Source: Salisapilia sapeloensis CBS 127946
Lineage: Eukaryota; Protista; Oomycota
Assembly (NCBI GenBank): GCA_023334545.1
Contig: JAADVB010000040.1
Location: forward strand, 1-64,000
Reading direction: 5' to 3'
Length of the DNA: 64,000 nt
Under the pieces are notes generated by a model. It was not told where the DNA came from. It worked only from the letters and a program-made list of their open reading frames with translations, and ran no database searches. Positions 47,114 to 57,945 of this stretch are shown piece after piece (the first letter of the stretch is position 1; each line of letters opens with the position of its first letter). Position numbers and translations under genes: made by a program.

Positions 47114-49861
47114 ATGGATGCCAATGCACTGGACGCTGCCTTGCGAGCTGCCAAGTCGAGGGGTAAGAAGCGAAAACTGGAACAGACTCAAAAGCCAAGT
47201 ACAGAGTCACAAGATGTCAAAACATCGTTGACGAAGAAACAAAAGGCGAAAAAAGAGAAGGAAGAGTACGCTACCGTTATATCGGGGTTAGGCAGCATTA
47301 TTGATACGTGGGGCCAGTCCATCCAGCATGCTACTAGTCCAGCTAAGACTAAGAAGAAAAAGACAAAGAAGAAACCTGTAGTGGTGCAGCATGACGATGA
47401 AAGCCAAAATATACCTCGCATTCAGCTCAAGAAGAAGGCGAATAAAAGTAGCAAGAAACTGCAGGCTAAAAAAGCTTCAGAAGAGAAACAGAAGAAACAG
47501 GTTCAGTCGTCTACAGGTATCAAAGATAGGAGCCTCATTCCGACGATTAAGGCGTCTGGGAAGCCAGTGCCTAGTGATCATGGTTCTAAAACCCAGAAGC
47601 CGAAGCGTCGGTCTAATGCTAAAAGCAAAACGTTTATCACCAACAAGTTACCGGAACCATCTTCCTCTTATGACACACCTGAGAATAGTCAGGTGAAGGA
47701 GCAAGCAAAGACAGAAGCAACTAAGAAGCCTTCAGATGATGCTTCTGTGTTGGAAAAACTGACAGAGTCCGCTCTATTCAACTATGGTTCGGACAATTCT
47801 AGTAGTGGCGAGTCTTCATCGTCAGAGAAGTTTATAAAAGGTGGGAAGCTAGCGTCACCAGTCGCCAAGGCAGCACCGACCCAAAAAACAAATGTAGAAA
47901 CCTCGAAGGAAAATAAAAAGTCGCCTGTCAAGTCTGCGAATGGTAGAACCGGGTGGAATGGAGGGATGAATATTAGTAGGAAGTATACACAAAGCAACAC
48001 GCAAGACAGATCTGATAAAGATAACGTATCAGCAGATGCTCTAAAGCAAAAGGCAGCAGAGACAGAATCAAGTAACGAGTCTTCTGATGAGACTTCTGTA
48101 CTCGAAACGCTTTCAAAGTCCTCTCGAAAGAATTACATTGCGGAAGAGTCTAGTAGTGACGAATCGACAGCAGATTCAGCCATTGTACAGAGTAAAACGC
48201 CGTCTGTAGCAACAGCCAAGTCCATACCAGAGCAAAAGACAGACGTAAGTACAATTGATAATAAGAAAGAGGCACCTACCAAGTCTTCAGTTACTACACC
48301 AAAGACGAATGCAGGAAAGGGTGTCACTAAGACAGATAGTAAAAAGCAAAAGGTTGTAAATAAGTCTAATAAAGCAAAAGTGCCGTCGGTTGACCCTAAA
48401 CAGAGGACTCCGGCGAAGGAAGGTACAGTTGTGGAATCTCCACCTGGAACTCCTTTGGTCAAATCAGCGAATAAGAAGACCAACAAGGTAGACAAAACAC
48501 CGACAGTATCGACGTCGACAAAGACACAGAACTCTTCCGACAAGCAAGTGGTGGACTCTTATACGAGCTCCGACTCGTTATCTCAAGACACTAGTATCGC
48601 AGACGTACATGCTAAATATGCGCTCCTCAAACCCAATAAGCGCGCTGATGGCAAGTCTCTATCTGTCTCTGGCGTCGTCAGCGACATCAAATTCTTCAGT
48701 CTCAATCTGTTCCACCTGATTATCACATCGAACGACCAATCTCTGTCTCTAGTTTGCAGGCAGAAACAGTTTAAAGACTTGAATAACCACGCATTTATAC
48801 GCTTTAGTGCATCTTTCGACGTAGGTGACAAGGTCGAAGCGTCAGGTGTGCCTGGTAAATCCAAGGACAACATCGTCCAGTTGCATACAACATCAATAGT
48901 AAAGATCGTCTCTCCTGTCGCCCCTTTGAAAGCGAATGCCGAGGCGGAGACGGTCGAAGAGAAGTCCGCGCCAGTGGATCCAGACTCTTGGATGGAAGCT
49001 GCGAATGTCATTTCTCAGTATCAAAAGGAGTCTGACTCGGAATCCGAAGCAGGTGAGATGCCGCTTCCACCGCTCGAGCGAAATCATAGCGACGAAGAGC
49101 TCTTTTCGGCGCTCATTGATTCCGCTGCTAGAGAAAGTTGGGAGCTGATCGAAGTTGGACGACTCGTTCGATTGTTTGCAGCACAATGGCGGATGGATAA
49201 GTCGTTGACGACCGAGTTCCTAGTAGACTACTGTCCTGAATTGGTTTGTGTTGACTTTCTGGAAGGCTTGAGCATGCATCTTTCTGCCAAGCAGCTTTTG
49301 TCGATCTTTGACAAGGGCTCTGGTGATATACATGTCGTCAAGACCAAGTTGAGTGATGCGTTAGAGAACCATCTCTTATATGTGAATGATGAAGAAGTGC
49401 TAGAGTACATTGCTACGAAAGTGCAGGACATGTGGTCCAAGGATGAAGTGTTGGACTTCATCCTACCACTTGTCGAAAGCTTAAATACGATCGAACAGGC
49501 CGGGACGTTGTTGAAACATATTACAGAGAGCTGGTATCCGCAAGAAACGGCAGCATTTGTCCAGAAGATTCTACTGTCGCCTGCATATGACGATCTGGAG
49601 GGAAAGCAGGAAGACCTGCTACTGAGTCTACCGACACTACGCGGTCGACTTGACTTTCCGAATCGCCAGTCAGCGGAAGACGCGGATGAACGAGGGAATT
49701 TGATCGGATTCATCAGTGACGACGATGAAGTCGAGTACGGTCAGGAAGAGTCGGAAGAGGAAGAAAATCAATTCATTTTGAATGAAGCCGAGGAAGGAGA
49801 CGAATCCGAGGAGAGTCAAGGAGAGGAATCAGACGATAGTGGAGAGGAATCAGAGGAATAG
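47114..49861 (+). CDS. Uncharacterised 915-aa protein: Lys/Ser-rich N-half, putative OB-fold, helical domain, acidic tail
   Basis: Single long ORF. Segment ~48660-48910 (LSVSGVVSDIKFF...FDVGDKVEASGVPG...QLHTTSIVKI) has the strand pattern of an OB-fold. The C-terminus is E/D-rich. Confidence 0.75.
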   Translation: MDANALDAALRAAKSRGKKRKLEQTQKPSTESQDVKTSLTKKQKAKKEKEEYATVISGLGSIIDTWGQSIQHATSPAKTKKKKTKKKPVVVQHDDESQNIPRIQLKKKANKSSKKLQAKKASEEKQKKQVQSSTGIKDRSLIPTIKASGKPVPSDHGSKTQKPKRRSNAKSKTFITNKLPEPSSSYDTPENSQVKEQAKTEATKKPSDDASVLEKLTESALFNYGSDNSSSGESSSSEKFIKGGKLASPVAKAAPTQKTNVETSKENKKSPVKSANGRTGWNGGMNISRKYTQSNTQDRSDKDNVSADALKQKAAETESSNESSDETSVLETLSKSSRKNYIAEESSSDESTADSAIVQSKTPSVATAKSIPEQKTDVSTIDNKKEAPTKSSVTTPKTNAGKGVTKTDSKKQKVVNKSNKAKVPSVDPKQRTPAKEGTVVESPPGTPLVKSANKKTNKVDKTPTVSTSTKTQNSSDKQVVDSYTSSDSLSQDTSIADVHAKYALLKPNKRADGKSLSVSGVVSDIKFFSLNLFHLIITSNDQSLSLVCRQKQFKDLNNHAFIRFSASFDVGDKVEASGVPGKSKDNIVQLHTTSIVKIVSPVAPLKANAEAETVEEKSAPVDPDSWMEAANVISQYQKESDSESEAGEMPLPPLERNHSDEELFSALIDSAARESWELIEVGRLVRLFAAQWRMDKSLTTEFLVDYCPELVCVDFLEGLSMHLSAKQLLSIFDKGSGDIHVVKTKLSDALENHLLYVNDEEVLEYIATKVQDMWSKDEVLDFILPLVESLNTIEQAGTLLKHITESWYPQETAAFVQKILLSPAYDDLEGKQEDLLLSLPTLRGRLDFPNRQSAEDADERGNLIGFISDDDEVEYGQEESEEEENQFILNEAEEGDESEESQGEESDDSGEESEE

Positions 49862-50003
49862 AATCTAGCGATAACTTAGCGACAGGTTGATCTACCTACA
49901 TGTCCATCGTTTTCTAGGCTCGTCACCTGTAGAGTACCGTAGATAGCGCTAGTGTCCATACCGCATCGGTTGAAGATCTACCTTTCGTATCTTCAAGTGC
50001 TCA

Positions 50004-50019
50004 GCTCATTTATCATTTT
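50004..50019 (+). promoter_or_regulatory. Inr/FPR element of the isochorismatase-like gene
   Basis: GCTCATTTATCATTTT (one mismatch to consensus), about 15 nt upstream of ATG 50034. Confidence 0.6.
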
Positions 50020-50033
50020 TTCTACCACGAAGA

Positions 50034-50648
50034 ATGACTCCTGCACTGAATGTCGCTAAGCGTCTTGGACGCATGACCCCGGCCTCCACCGCCCTGTTTG
50101 TGTGTGACATCCAGGAACGATTCCGTGGTGCGATTCATGAAATGCCCACGACGATCCACGGGTCGAACACGATGGTGAGTCTCGCCAAGCTCATGAAGCT
50201 CCCTATCATCGTCACGACGCAGTACCAGGAAAAACTGGGCGATACCGTCTCGGAGATTACGAGCAACCTCGAAGGCGCTCCAAACGTCCAGATTGTCGAC
50301 AAGACTCTGTTCTCCATGCTCACGGGGGACGTCACGCACCTTCTCGATCAGCTCAAACCCAAGTCGATTCTCTTGTGTGGCATCGAAAGCCATGTCTGTG
50401 TCTTGCAGACGTGCTTGGATCTGCTTGCGCAGGGATATGACGTCCACGTGATCTCGGATGCAGTGTCCAGCAGCAGCAAGTACAACCGAGAAATGGCACT
50501 CGAACGCATGCGTTCTGCCGGAGCGTACATTTCGACGGTCGAGATGGCGATTTTCCAACTCGCGCAAGATGCGAGTCACCCCAAGTTCAAGACGGTGTCC
50601 AGCCTCATCAAGGAGTTCCAGAAGGAGAAGAACGGCTTTGACGTTTAA
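50034..50648 (+). CDS. Isochorismatase-family hydrolase (ISOC1/ISOC2-like), 204 aa
   Basis: Putative Asp-Lys-Cys triad motifs: FVCDIQERF, VDKTLFSM, CGIESHVCVLQT; also DAVSS. Codons are strongly C/G-ending. Confidence 0.92.
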   Translation: MTPALNVAKRLGRMTPASTALFVCDIQERFRGAIHEMPTTIHGSNTMVSLAKLMKLPIIVTTQYQEKLGDTVSEITSNLEGAPNVQIVDKTLFSMLTGDVTHLLDQLKPKSILLCGIESHVCVLQTCLDLLAQGYDVHVISDAVSSSSKYNREMALERMRSAGAYISTVEMAIFQLAQDASHPKFKTVSSLIKEFQKEKNGFDV

Positions 50649-52021
50649 CTCTGGCAACACATCATCGAGTATTGGTTCTTTCGTTTTAGCATGAACACGT
50701 TAATGAAAAGTCTACCTGAGGCTGAAGTATTCCTTACCCTTGAGTTTATGTAAATGATGGATATTATTGGCTACTATTGCTAGGCTAGTATGCTGACTGT
50801 ATGTGCTTTAAATCGATAGCTCTGATTGTGTGAATCTATCGGTTGTACGTCCTAAGGACTGACGAGGATATGTTGTCTCGATGGCATTTGGTTGAAGTAC
50901 TTGCAAGATATTTGGTCAATTCCCTTCCGTCGGAGCAGTAGGAAATCGTCTGAGAGCGGACAATTAGACGAAATGATTGAACTAGCACGAACCGAAGTCC
51001 GTTGCGTGCACGACTGACACTATCTCAATATGTTTCTACCACTCCAACGGGATGAACAACGGGCAGCTACTGGATGCTGAGATCTCGACGGGGAAGGAGC
51101 TTGGAACAAGACTGCACGTGGCGCTATACTATCCCCACAGAGCACTCCAAGTGCGAACGCGCTACACGATTTGGCGGAACATGCGTTGAAAATCCATCTT
51201 AGATAAAGAGCCAGAAGAGCATGCGTGCTATGGCACTGTGTTGGCGGATGCATGCTGCAAAGGGCGCACTGCATCAACATCTTCGTCTGTCTACTGGCTA
51301 ATGCACTTACCAATGCATATCCAGTAATGCTACATGCTCAAGTACTTTCCATTCCTTTCTTGTAGACGTCAAGATTACCGTTGAAAAAGATTCGTATGCT
51401 TTTTATAGCCGGAAGTAGCAAAGACCTGCACACGAGATGGAGGAAGGAAAGCCAAAGGATCTAGATTTCTACAAGACCTCTTTCACTCACTCTTGTAGCT
51501 GTCCTAGTAAGCGTCTCATCGACTACATATCCAGAAAATCTCTTTGAACCGTCGTCGAGTCTTTCTGCGAGTTGACGAGCATAAGTTGGTAGGCATAGCT
51601 CTTTGGGAATAAGTACATGTAATGCTCGTGAATCGACATGCAATGCACGCATACTTATTCCAGGAAACTTATGAACGCTTCGAGAGCGAGCTGCGAATGA
51701 AGCCAAGTGTAGACGTAGGAAGATGATGCGGTGGAAATTAAAAGCCTTGACATGTCCCTTAGATCTTGTGGTACTATCGAGACGCACAACGTTCGATATT
51801 GTCCCATATCTCTCTACTTGCTCCTCTCACACGAGTCTATCCCAATTCTTCCTCCCCATTGCCCATCATGAACCCATCCATTGACAAGAGTAGTTTTGGA
51901 ACACTAGGTCGGAAAGTCGAACATTTGTGTCGAAAATAGCACTCCTTTTTCCACATTCGCACGCTTGGTCTCGCAAGTTGGAAGCGATAACGACTCATTT
52001 TTCATCTCCCGCCTGATAGAA

Positions 52022-52888
52022 ATGATCGACCATGTCTTTGCTTTCCACGCCTACTCGGAAATCCAGATTGCTGCTATGGCGCTAGGTGGGATGATCGTCG
52101 GCGTCGCTCTACTCTCCTACTACGTCGTTGCGCCGGAATTCGAACGCCACTTGCACAAAGCGGACGGTCTGGAACCTCAAGGAAGGTACTCGAGTCCGCA
52201 GCCGTACTACTCGACCACTCCGACAGGCCACAAGCATCGGACGCTAATCAAAAAGCGCCATTCCATCTCCTCATCGCGTGTTAAGGATGACTTGGCCCTC
52301 ACATCCCTTAGTGATGATGATAATGTCTGGGTCGACTCAGACGTGCTCCAGAGCTATGCGATGTTTCCACCAACGTCAGAGCCTTGCAGGAGAAAAGTGA
52401 TGTACAAGCTTTCGAAACGTCGAAAGAGTGAGAGTGATGCGAATCGAGCTGAAAAACTACGAAAGCGAGTCATGTTGCGTACACTAGAGGAAGAGATTCA
52501 AGGTGCCATTAAAGAGAGCAATGCTGCGGAGAACCATGGCAAGAAGATGAGGAATGTGACCAAGTCGTCGATCGAGGAGAAACTGTCGGAAGCACGCGTC
52601 CAGGAAGTTCAGTCTCACCCGGTTCACTGCACGGATGAGTTCCGGGCACTTACGACGACAAGTCAGACGGAGAGCATTGTAGAGGCACTGGCGATGGTAC
52701 ACGATGTGATCAGTTGCTACTTGTCTGGTGAACATCGAGACTTGAACAAAGTTTCGGTTTTTTGCAACTCGTTGTTAGAGTACGACGGACTGAACTTGCT
52801 TCGGACTTTGGAGCAGTCAGAGGATACGAGGGTGCGTAAACTATCGACGGCAGTGATTGAGAAAGCAGTACCTTGTATTTGGCATTAA
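52022..52888 (+). CDS. Single-TM protein with C-terminal importin-alpha-like ARM segment, ~288 aa
   Basis: TM helix IAAMALGGMIVGVALLSYYVV. The C-terminus FCNSLLEYDGLNLLRTLEQSEDTRVRKLSTAVIEK resembles the last (atypical) ARM repeat of importin alpha. Confidence 0.7.
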   Translation: MIDHVFAFHAYSEIQIAAMALGGMIVGVALLSYYVVAPEFERHLHKADGLEPQGRYSSPQPYYSTTPTGHKHRTLIKKRHSISSSRVKDDLALTSLSDDDNVWVDSDVLQSYAMFPPTSEPCRRKVMYKLSKRRKSESDANRAEKLRKRVMLRTLEEEIQGAIKESNAAENHGKKMRNVTKSSIEEKLSEARVQEVQSHPVHCTDEFRALTTTSQTESIVEALAMVHDVISCYLSGEHRDLNKVSVFCNSLLEYDGLNLLRTLEQSEDTRVRKLSTAVIEKAVPCIWH

Positions 52889-52949
52889 GTAGAACTCGTC
52901 TAGTAGGCTTCTACGTTCTACAGACATTTGTTTATCCGCGTAATAAATC

Positions 52950-54270
52950 ATTGCATGATGCTTAAGATCAGAAAGAAGCTTTCTTGTGCACATATCCCAT
53001 GCGCTCATCTCACGTTCGTACTTCGCCGAAACCGATGTACGGATCCCATCGGCGGTAGATGGGATCGTCCGGTATGTTTGCCGACAAGAACGTTACTGAT
53101 TCCATCTATGCCGACATCCTGCGCATCGTCCACTGGATGGGACTTCGCGGCCGTCGCACTAAAAAGACGCCACAAGTGGTATTACTCTGACATGGAAGAC
53201 GGTATCAAAGGTAGTCGATAAGATTGAACGAGAAGTTTCATCCTGGGAGACATGTAGAACAGCGAACAGAACTTACGTTTTTATGATTGAAATCAAAGTT
53301 TAGATAGCGACGATAGCTATTCGACGACCACTAGCAGCGATAGATCGAGGCTTCGTGTAATAACCGTGGCTCCTGATACTTTAGTGCGGAACCCGTGGAT
53401 ATTTTGTATGATAGTACCAGTACCACCTACATGTTCTGTATATGCCTTTGAAATTAGTTTGCTCAGGGCTTACTCCTATTTGGAGTAGAGCAACACGATT
53501 CCTCTCAAGCCTACTCTGGACTTGTACCTTATACGTTATACCTCTGTGAGCAGAAATACTGGAAACGAAACGATGTCGTCAAAGTATGCCTGAGTGGAGT
53601 TTTCAGTTTATTATAATTCATAGATCTTCCAGCTCTGTGCTAAATGTAAACTGATGTTATCGACTCCAAACTGCGTACTATAGCAACTTCATCTCTATCG
53701 AGGCTTTGAGTACTCGAGCATGTGCTCCGTAAGGTGGTGACTACATAAGTGGAAGCGCTAAAAAGAATAAACTACGGCGAGCCACTGGTCTCCGTTGATG
53801 GCCACGATGGCTTCGATGGCGTCAGCCACTGCAAACGCCCATCAAGTCACCACTCTCACCAAGTTAACGGCATAGGATACCCCACGCGATGACATGACGA
53901 GATGTGAATGCTCGAGCATATTGGAATCCGTGCTGTAGAATCCATGGTAATACTACGAGATAACTGCCAGTTGAGCGTCATTGTTCAATGGCTTCCCACT
54001 TTGCTATTGTACAAGGATTACCAAACACAATGCGATGCTTGCGATCGCAAAAGCAACTACACCTTGCTTGGTAGATTATCAGCTTTACTGCAACCTACGA
54101 TATTGTTGCTCCTTCAAGTAGACACGCTGTCCATACCGGCTTTCGCTCGCTCGCATGGCATCGTGGCAACCTCGGGATAAGTTCAAGGATACCAGAGACA
54201 GTCGCACGACTCGAATTCAATGACGCAAGCACTGCAATGAACAAAGGCCGAACAGAAAGACAGTTTTCAT
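52950..54270 (-). pseudogene. Decayed pseudogene paralog of the papain-like protease at 59373-60866 (ends approximate)
   Basis: Minus strand 53844-53700 reads *WAFAVADAIEAIVAINGDQWLAVVYSF*RFHLCSHHLTEHMLEYS, colinear with CWAFAAADAIEAAVAINEDQKHAVALSPQQFLSCSHRQTEQTFEYC of the intact gene. Weaker remnants of the signal peptide/prodomain (54270-54120) and juxtamembrane region (53150-53060) are also visible. There are multiple stops and frameshifts. Confidence 0.8.
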
Positions 54271-54588
54271 ATCTACGATAAGCTCCAGAAAGCTCTAGCT
54301 GAAGTTGCACTTGCAGTAGACGAAGATTCGTCTAGAAACTGCAACCTAGGCATCCTTGGCGGCCCCGTTCCAACCATTCCTTGTTAAATTCAACTTCAAT
54401 CGTGAGTGCCATCCATTAATTATGCTTGCTATCAGTCAGTGGGTTGACACGAGCCTCATCTGCAACGAGCTGGTTGCAGCTAGGCTCTGATCGTCAGCAC
54501 TGGACGTGTTGAAATCTTGGATAGTCGCGATGACCTTGTCGCCACAATCTCTCTGTTTGGACGAATCGATCCATTCGCTTTGGGTTTT

Positions 54589-54604
54589 CTTCATTCTCAC
54601 ATTT
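54589..54604 (+). promoter_or_regulatory. Inr/FPR element of the first TAT gene
   Basis: CTTCATTCTCACATTT fits TCATTYBNNNWTTY, about 50 nt upstream of ATG 54652. Confidence 0.55.
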
Positions 54605-54651
54605 CACATCAAGTACTCAAGCACCGCACCACCTTCTAATACCTACTAGCT

Positions 54652-55985
54652 ATGTGTCCTACCAACGGTACTGCCGACAACAAGCTAGAAGCGCACAAAA
54701 TGGCCATGTCCGAATTTGCGCAATCGATCTCGAATCCCATTCGCAATGTGGTGGAAGGCATCAAGATGCCGGAAACTTCAGAAAAGAAGCTCATCCTCCT
54801 TGCCTACGGTGACCCGACCTTGTTTGGCAACCTCCGATGCCCAGGCTTGATGAAGAAAGCTCTCATCCGATGCCTGGATGATGACAAGAACGACGGATAC
54901 TTCCACAGCACTGGCAGTCCTGCTGCTCGAACCGCAATTGCGCAGCATGCGAACTCGGAGCTTGGTCCTCTCACCAAGGATGATGTTGTCATCACCTGCG
55001 GAGCTGCTGGAGCTCTTGACATGGTCATTCGAGGAATCGCCAACGAAGGTAGGATCTATCTCCATTGCTCTATGCAATTAGATGCTAATAATAGTGCTGT
55101 GCAGGTGACAACTTGCTGATCCCTCGACCAGGGTACCCTGCTTACGAGACGCACTGCAAGTCTGGTGGTATCGAGCCTCGCTTCTACCGACTTTTACCTG
55201 AAAAGCAATGGGAGTCCGACCTCGAAGAGATGCAGTCTCTCATTGACGACAGGACCAAAGCTATCATCATCACGAACCCATCCAACCCGTGCGGTAGTGT
55301 CTACACCAAGGAGCACTTGCTCGAGATTCTCGAAGTGGCCGAGCGTAACAACTTGCCAATCATCACGGACGAGATCTACGGTGACATGACGTTCGGAGAC
55401 AACGTCTTCTACCCACTCGCGTCCCTTTCGAAGAACGTCCCGATCCTGACAGTCAGTGGCTTGGCCAAACACTTCCTCGTGCCTGGATGGCGTGTCGGCT
55501 GGTTGATCGTGAGCGACCGTAACGGTGTACTCAAGGACGTTCGACAAGGCTTTAACAACATCGCGATGCTCCTCTTGGGCACCAACTCCTTGGCACAGAG
55601 CGTCATCCCGGACGTCCTAACGCCCAAGCCTGGAAGCGCAGAAGAACAGGAGGTGAAAGACTTTAAGAGCCACTACTATGGCGTTTTGGAAAAGAATGCC
55701 AAAGTCACGATGGATATTGTGAACGCGATTCCAGGTATGGACGTCGTGACGCCACAGGGATCGCTCTATGCGATGGTCAAGATGAACCCGAGCAAGTTCA
55801 AGGACATCGAGGACGACGTTGAGTTCACGCAAAAGTTTTTAGATGAGGAATCCGTCCTAGTCCTCCCAGGTCAGTGTTTTGGCATGCCAAACTACTTCCG
55901 AACACTGACTTGTCCGCCAAAGGACACGCTAGACGATGCTTTCAGTCGCATGGCTGCATTCTGCAAGCGCCATGCAAAGGAATAA
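54652..55985 (+). CDS. TAT: Tyrosine aminotransferase-like PLP enzyme (class I/II), copy 1, 2 exons, 425 aa
   Basis: Exons 54652-55048 and 55105-55985 (56-nt intron). Motifs: SNPIR, GDPT, ITCGAAGAL, PRPGYP, TNPSNPCGSV, DEIY, SGLAKHFLVPGWRVGW (PLP lysine). Confidence 0.92.
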
Positions 55986-56282
55986 ATAAACTTGGAACTA
56001 GTTTGACATCGAAAGCTCGTTGCGAAGGTTATCTAGGTCTATCGTACTTGTACATCTACTCGTCATTCCAAAAGGCGTATTATTAAGTTGGAAGTCAAGA
56101 TGTACTACTTTCATAGCACGTCATGTTTATAGAGCTTACGAGGACAGGAATGACTCATCACATGCTCTACGCGCGTATCCTCGTAAAACGAATATGCTCC
56201 TGACTGTGCTGGAGGATTTTATACAAACTCCAAGTTTATATGATATGCGTTTTCGTCGCACAACACGTAGATTTGATGCAAG

Positions 56283-57598
56283 ATGATACTCGGTACTGTA
56301 CCGGCATTTGCTCCTGACTTTGCACGCCAATGTGGACTACAAGAACCACTTCGACTGTACCACCCACTGTATATCCACGATCTACGTTCGGTGCAAAAGC
56401 ACCGTGAGACGGTGGTCGATATAGCTTGTAAGAATCGGTCCGAGAGCCATTACTCGGGCGATCAGCAATTGCGACAGAGTGTAGAATTGAAATTCGGCGA
56501 CTTTATAGACTACTACCAAGCTTGTTTTATTCAGCAAAGTCATTGGCTGCATTCTGTCGAAGATCTCGACTTTTACTTGTGCCAATGCCCCATAGCTACG
56601 TACGAATCGGACAGTACTAGCTCCGGCGCCAAGCTACCGCATCTAATGGACGACTTTATCACGTATTCTTTCTTTTATATCAAATTTAAATTATGGTACA
56701 GTTAACTTATTGGAGAGGTAGGCCGGCTTGCTTGCAACAAGAAGACGTGACTCAAGTGAATGTCTGGATGACCGTCAAGCCGAGCGAAACGACACTCCAT
56801 TACGACGCATACAAAAACATTCTGGTCGTTCTATACGGTCAGAAGACTGTCACGCTGTATCCCCCATCAGACACCAGTTCCTTGGACGCATACCCAGTCT
56901 ACTCGACCAGTCCGAATCATGTGCAGCCATCGTCATATAAGCGCGAAAGAGGAAGCTCAAGCGGTCAAGTCTTCCATGTAAAAGCTGGCGACGCCCTTTT
57001 TATCCCAGAAGGCTGGTGGCATCAAGTACATAGCGCTGGCTTTACGATCGCCATCAACTACTGGTTCTCTGGTATGCGCAAACACTTGCTGGCAGCGTCT
57101 CAATCTCTGCCATACTACGCCCGAGTGTTGGTGGAAGCGATGGTTCATGCGGAACATAAACGAGTCATGGCTGAGCAAAGGCAAACGTGTCGAACAGAGA
57201 TGGGTCTTGGTAAACCAGTAGAGGCAGATAGAGTGGTACACGAGATTATGCGCACGGACGCAGCAAAGCGTCGGGAGCAGTGTCTCATGGCTCTCGACGA
57301 TAGAAACTTTGATCATATCCAGCGTCTTTTACTGGAAAATCACAAGAAGATCCTTGTGGAAGTCATACAGAACGCGTCGGATATATTCGCTACATATTTG
57401 ACCGATTCGTGGGAGAAAGACGATGGCAGTTCGTCATGTGCGTCGGAAGTATTAGCCCTCTTTGACGATGAAAGCGTAGATATTCGCGCCGTTCTTACAC
57501 GTAAGAAAGAGTGCTTCCGTCAGCACTTGTGCCAGCGGGTACTGCATCAGACACTTGGGGTCTATCCCGTAGATAACTCAGAGCAAAAATACAATTAA
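56283..57598 (+). CDS. JmjC-domain (cupin-like) Fe(II)/2-oxoglutarate oxygenase, 2 exons, ~418 aa
   Basis: Exons 56283-56662 and 56722-57598 (59-nt intron). Facial triad intact: TTLHYDAY (HxD) and GDALFIPEGWWHQV (H). Also NVWM and NILVVLYGQKTVTLYP. Confidence 0.88.
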
Positions 57599-57889
57599 TG
57601 TACCCAGGTATTCATTCAGACGACAGGAAGACACGCTATGCTGTTATATGGTAACCTCGCATACTCGCATATGCGTAAAAGCAAACGGTCATCTCAATTA
57701 AATGGCCAAGTATAATCAAGACTAGTAAGCATACATCCTAGTGCACTTGCTGTGTCTCGAAAGCTTCTATAGATGAAGAGATGGGCGTCAGGGTTTGATT
57801 AGAAGACCCGATTAGATGACCTAGATGATACCTACATAGCTGCCAAGATCTGCTACCTAGCGTCTAGTCTCCATCAACCGTGTCAAGGC

Positions 57890-57905
57890 GCTCACTTTCA
57901 ATTAA
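57890..57905 (+). promoter_or_regulatory. Inr-like element of the second TAT gene
   Basis: GCTCACTTTCAATTAA, 40 nt upstream of ATG 57946. Supports that ATG over the GTG at 57880. Confidence 0.5.
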
Positions 57906-57945
57906 TCCTCGTGCTACACAAGTCCATTCCAGCTCAACAAGAAGT

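Noticed and set aside
50022-50660. 212-aa antisense ORF over the isochorismatase gene (and similar shadow ORFs over TAT, protease, GH72 and HERC)
   Set aside because: These are antisense shadows caused by biased codon use on the coding strand; none has a protein-family signature.
51020-51787. Minus-strand ORFs with some splice-like sites (possible multi-exon gene or relic)
   Set aside because: Several alternative exon chains are possible and none gives a recognisable protein or matches a neighbouring gene. Needs tblastn or RNA-seq.
53042-53190. Coding-like plus-strand 43-codon ORF (53059-53190) and a 9-bp hairpin (53042-53066)
   Set aside because: The ORF is the antisense shadow of the protease pseudogene's C-terminal remnant. 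The hairpin is short enough to arise by chance.
53842-53844. TGA at the catalytic Cys position read as selenocysteine (a seleno-protease)
   Set aside because: The same copy has an in-frame TAG at 53758-53760, further stops and frameshifts, so it is a pseudogene rather than a recoded gene.
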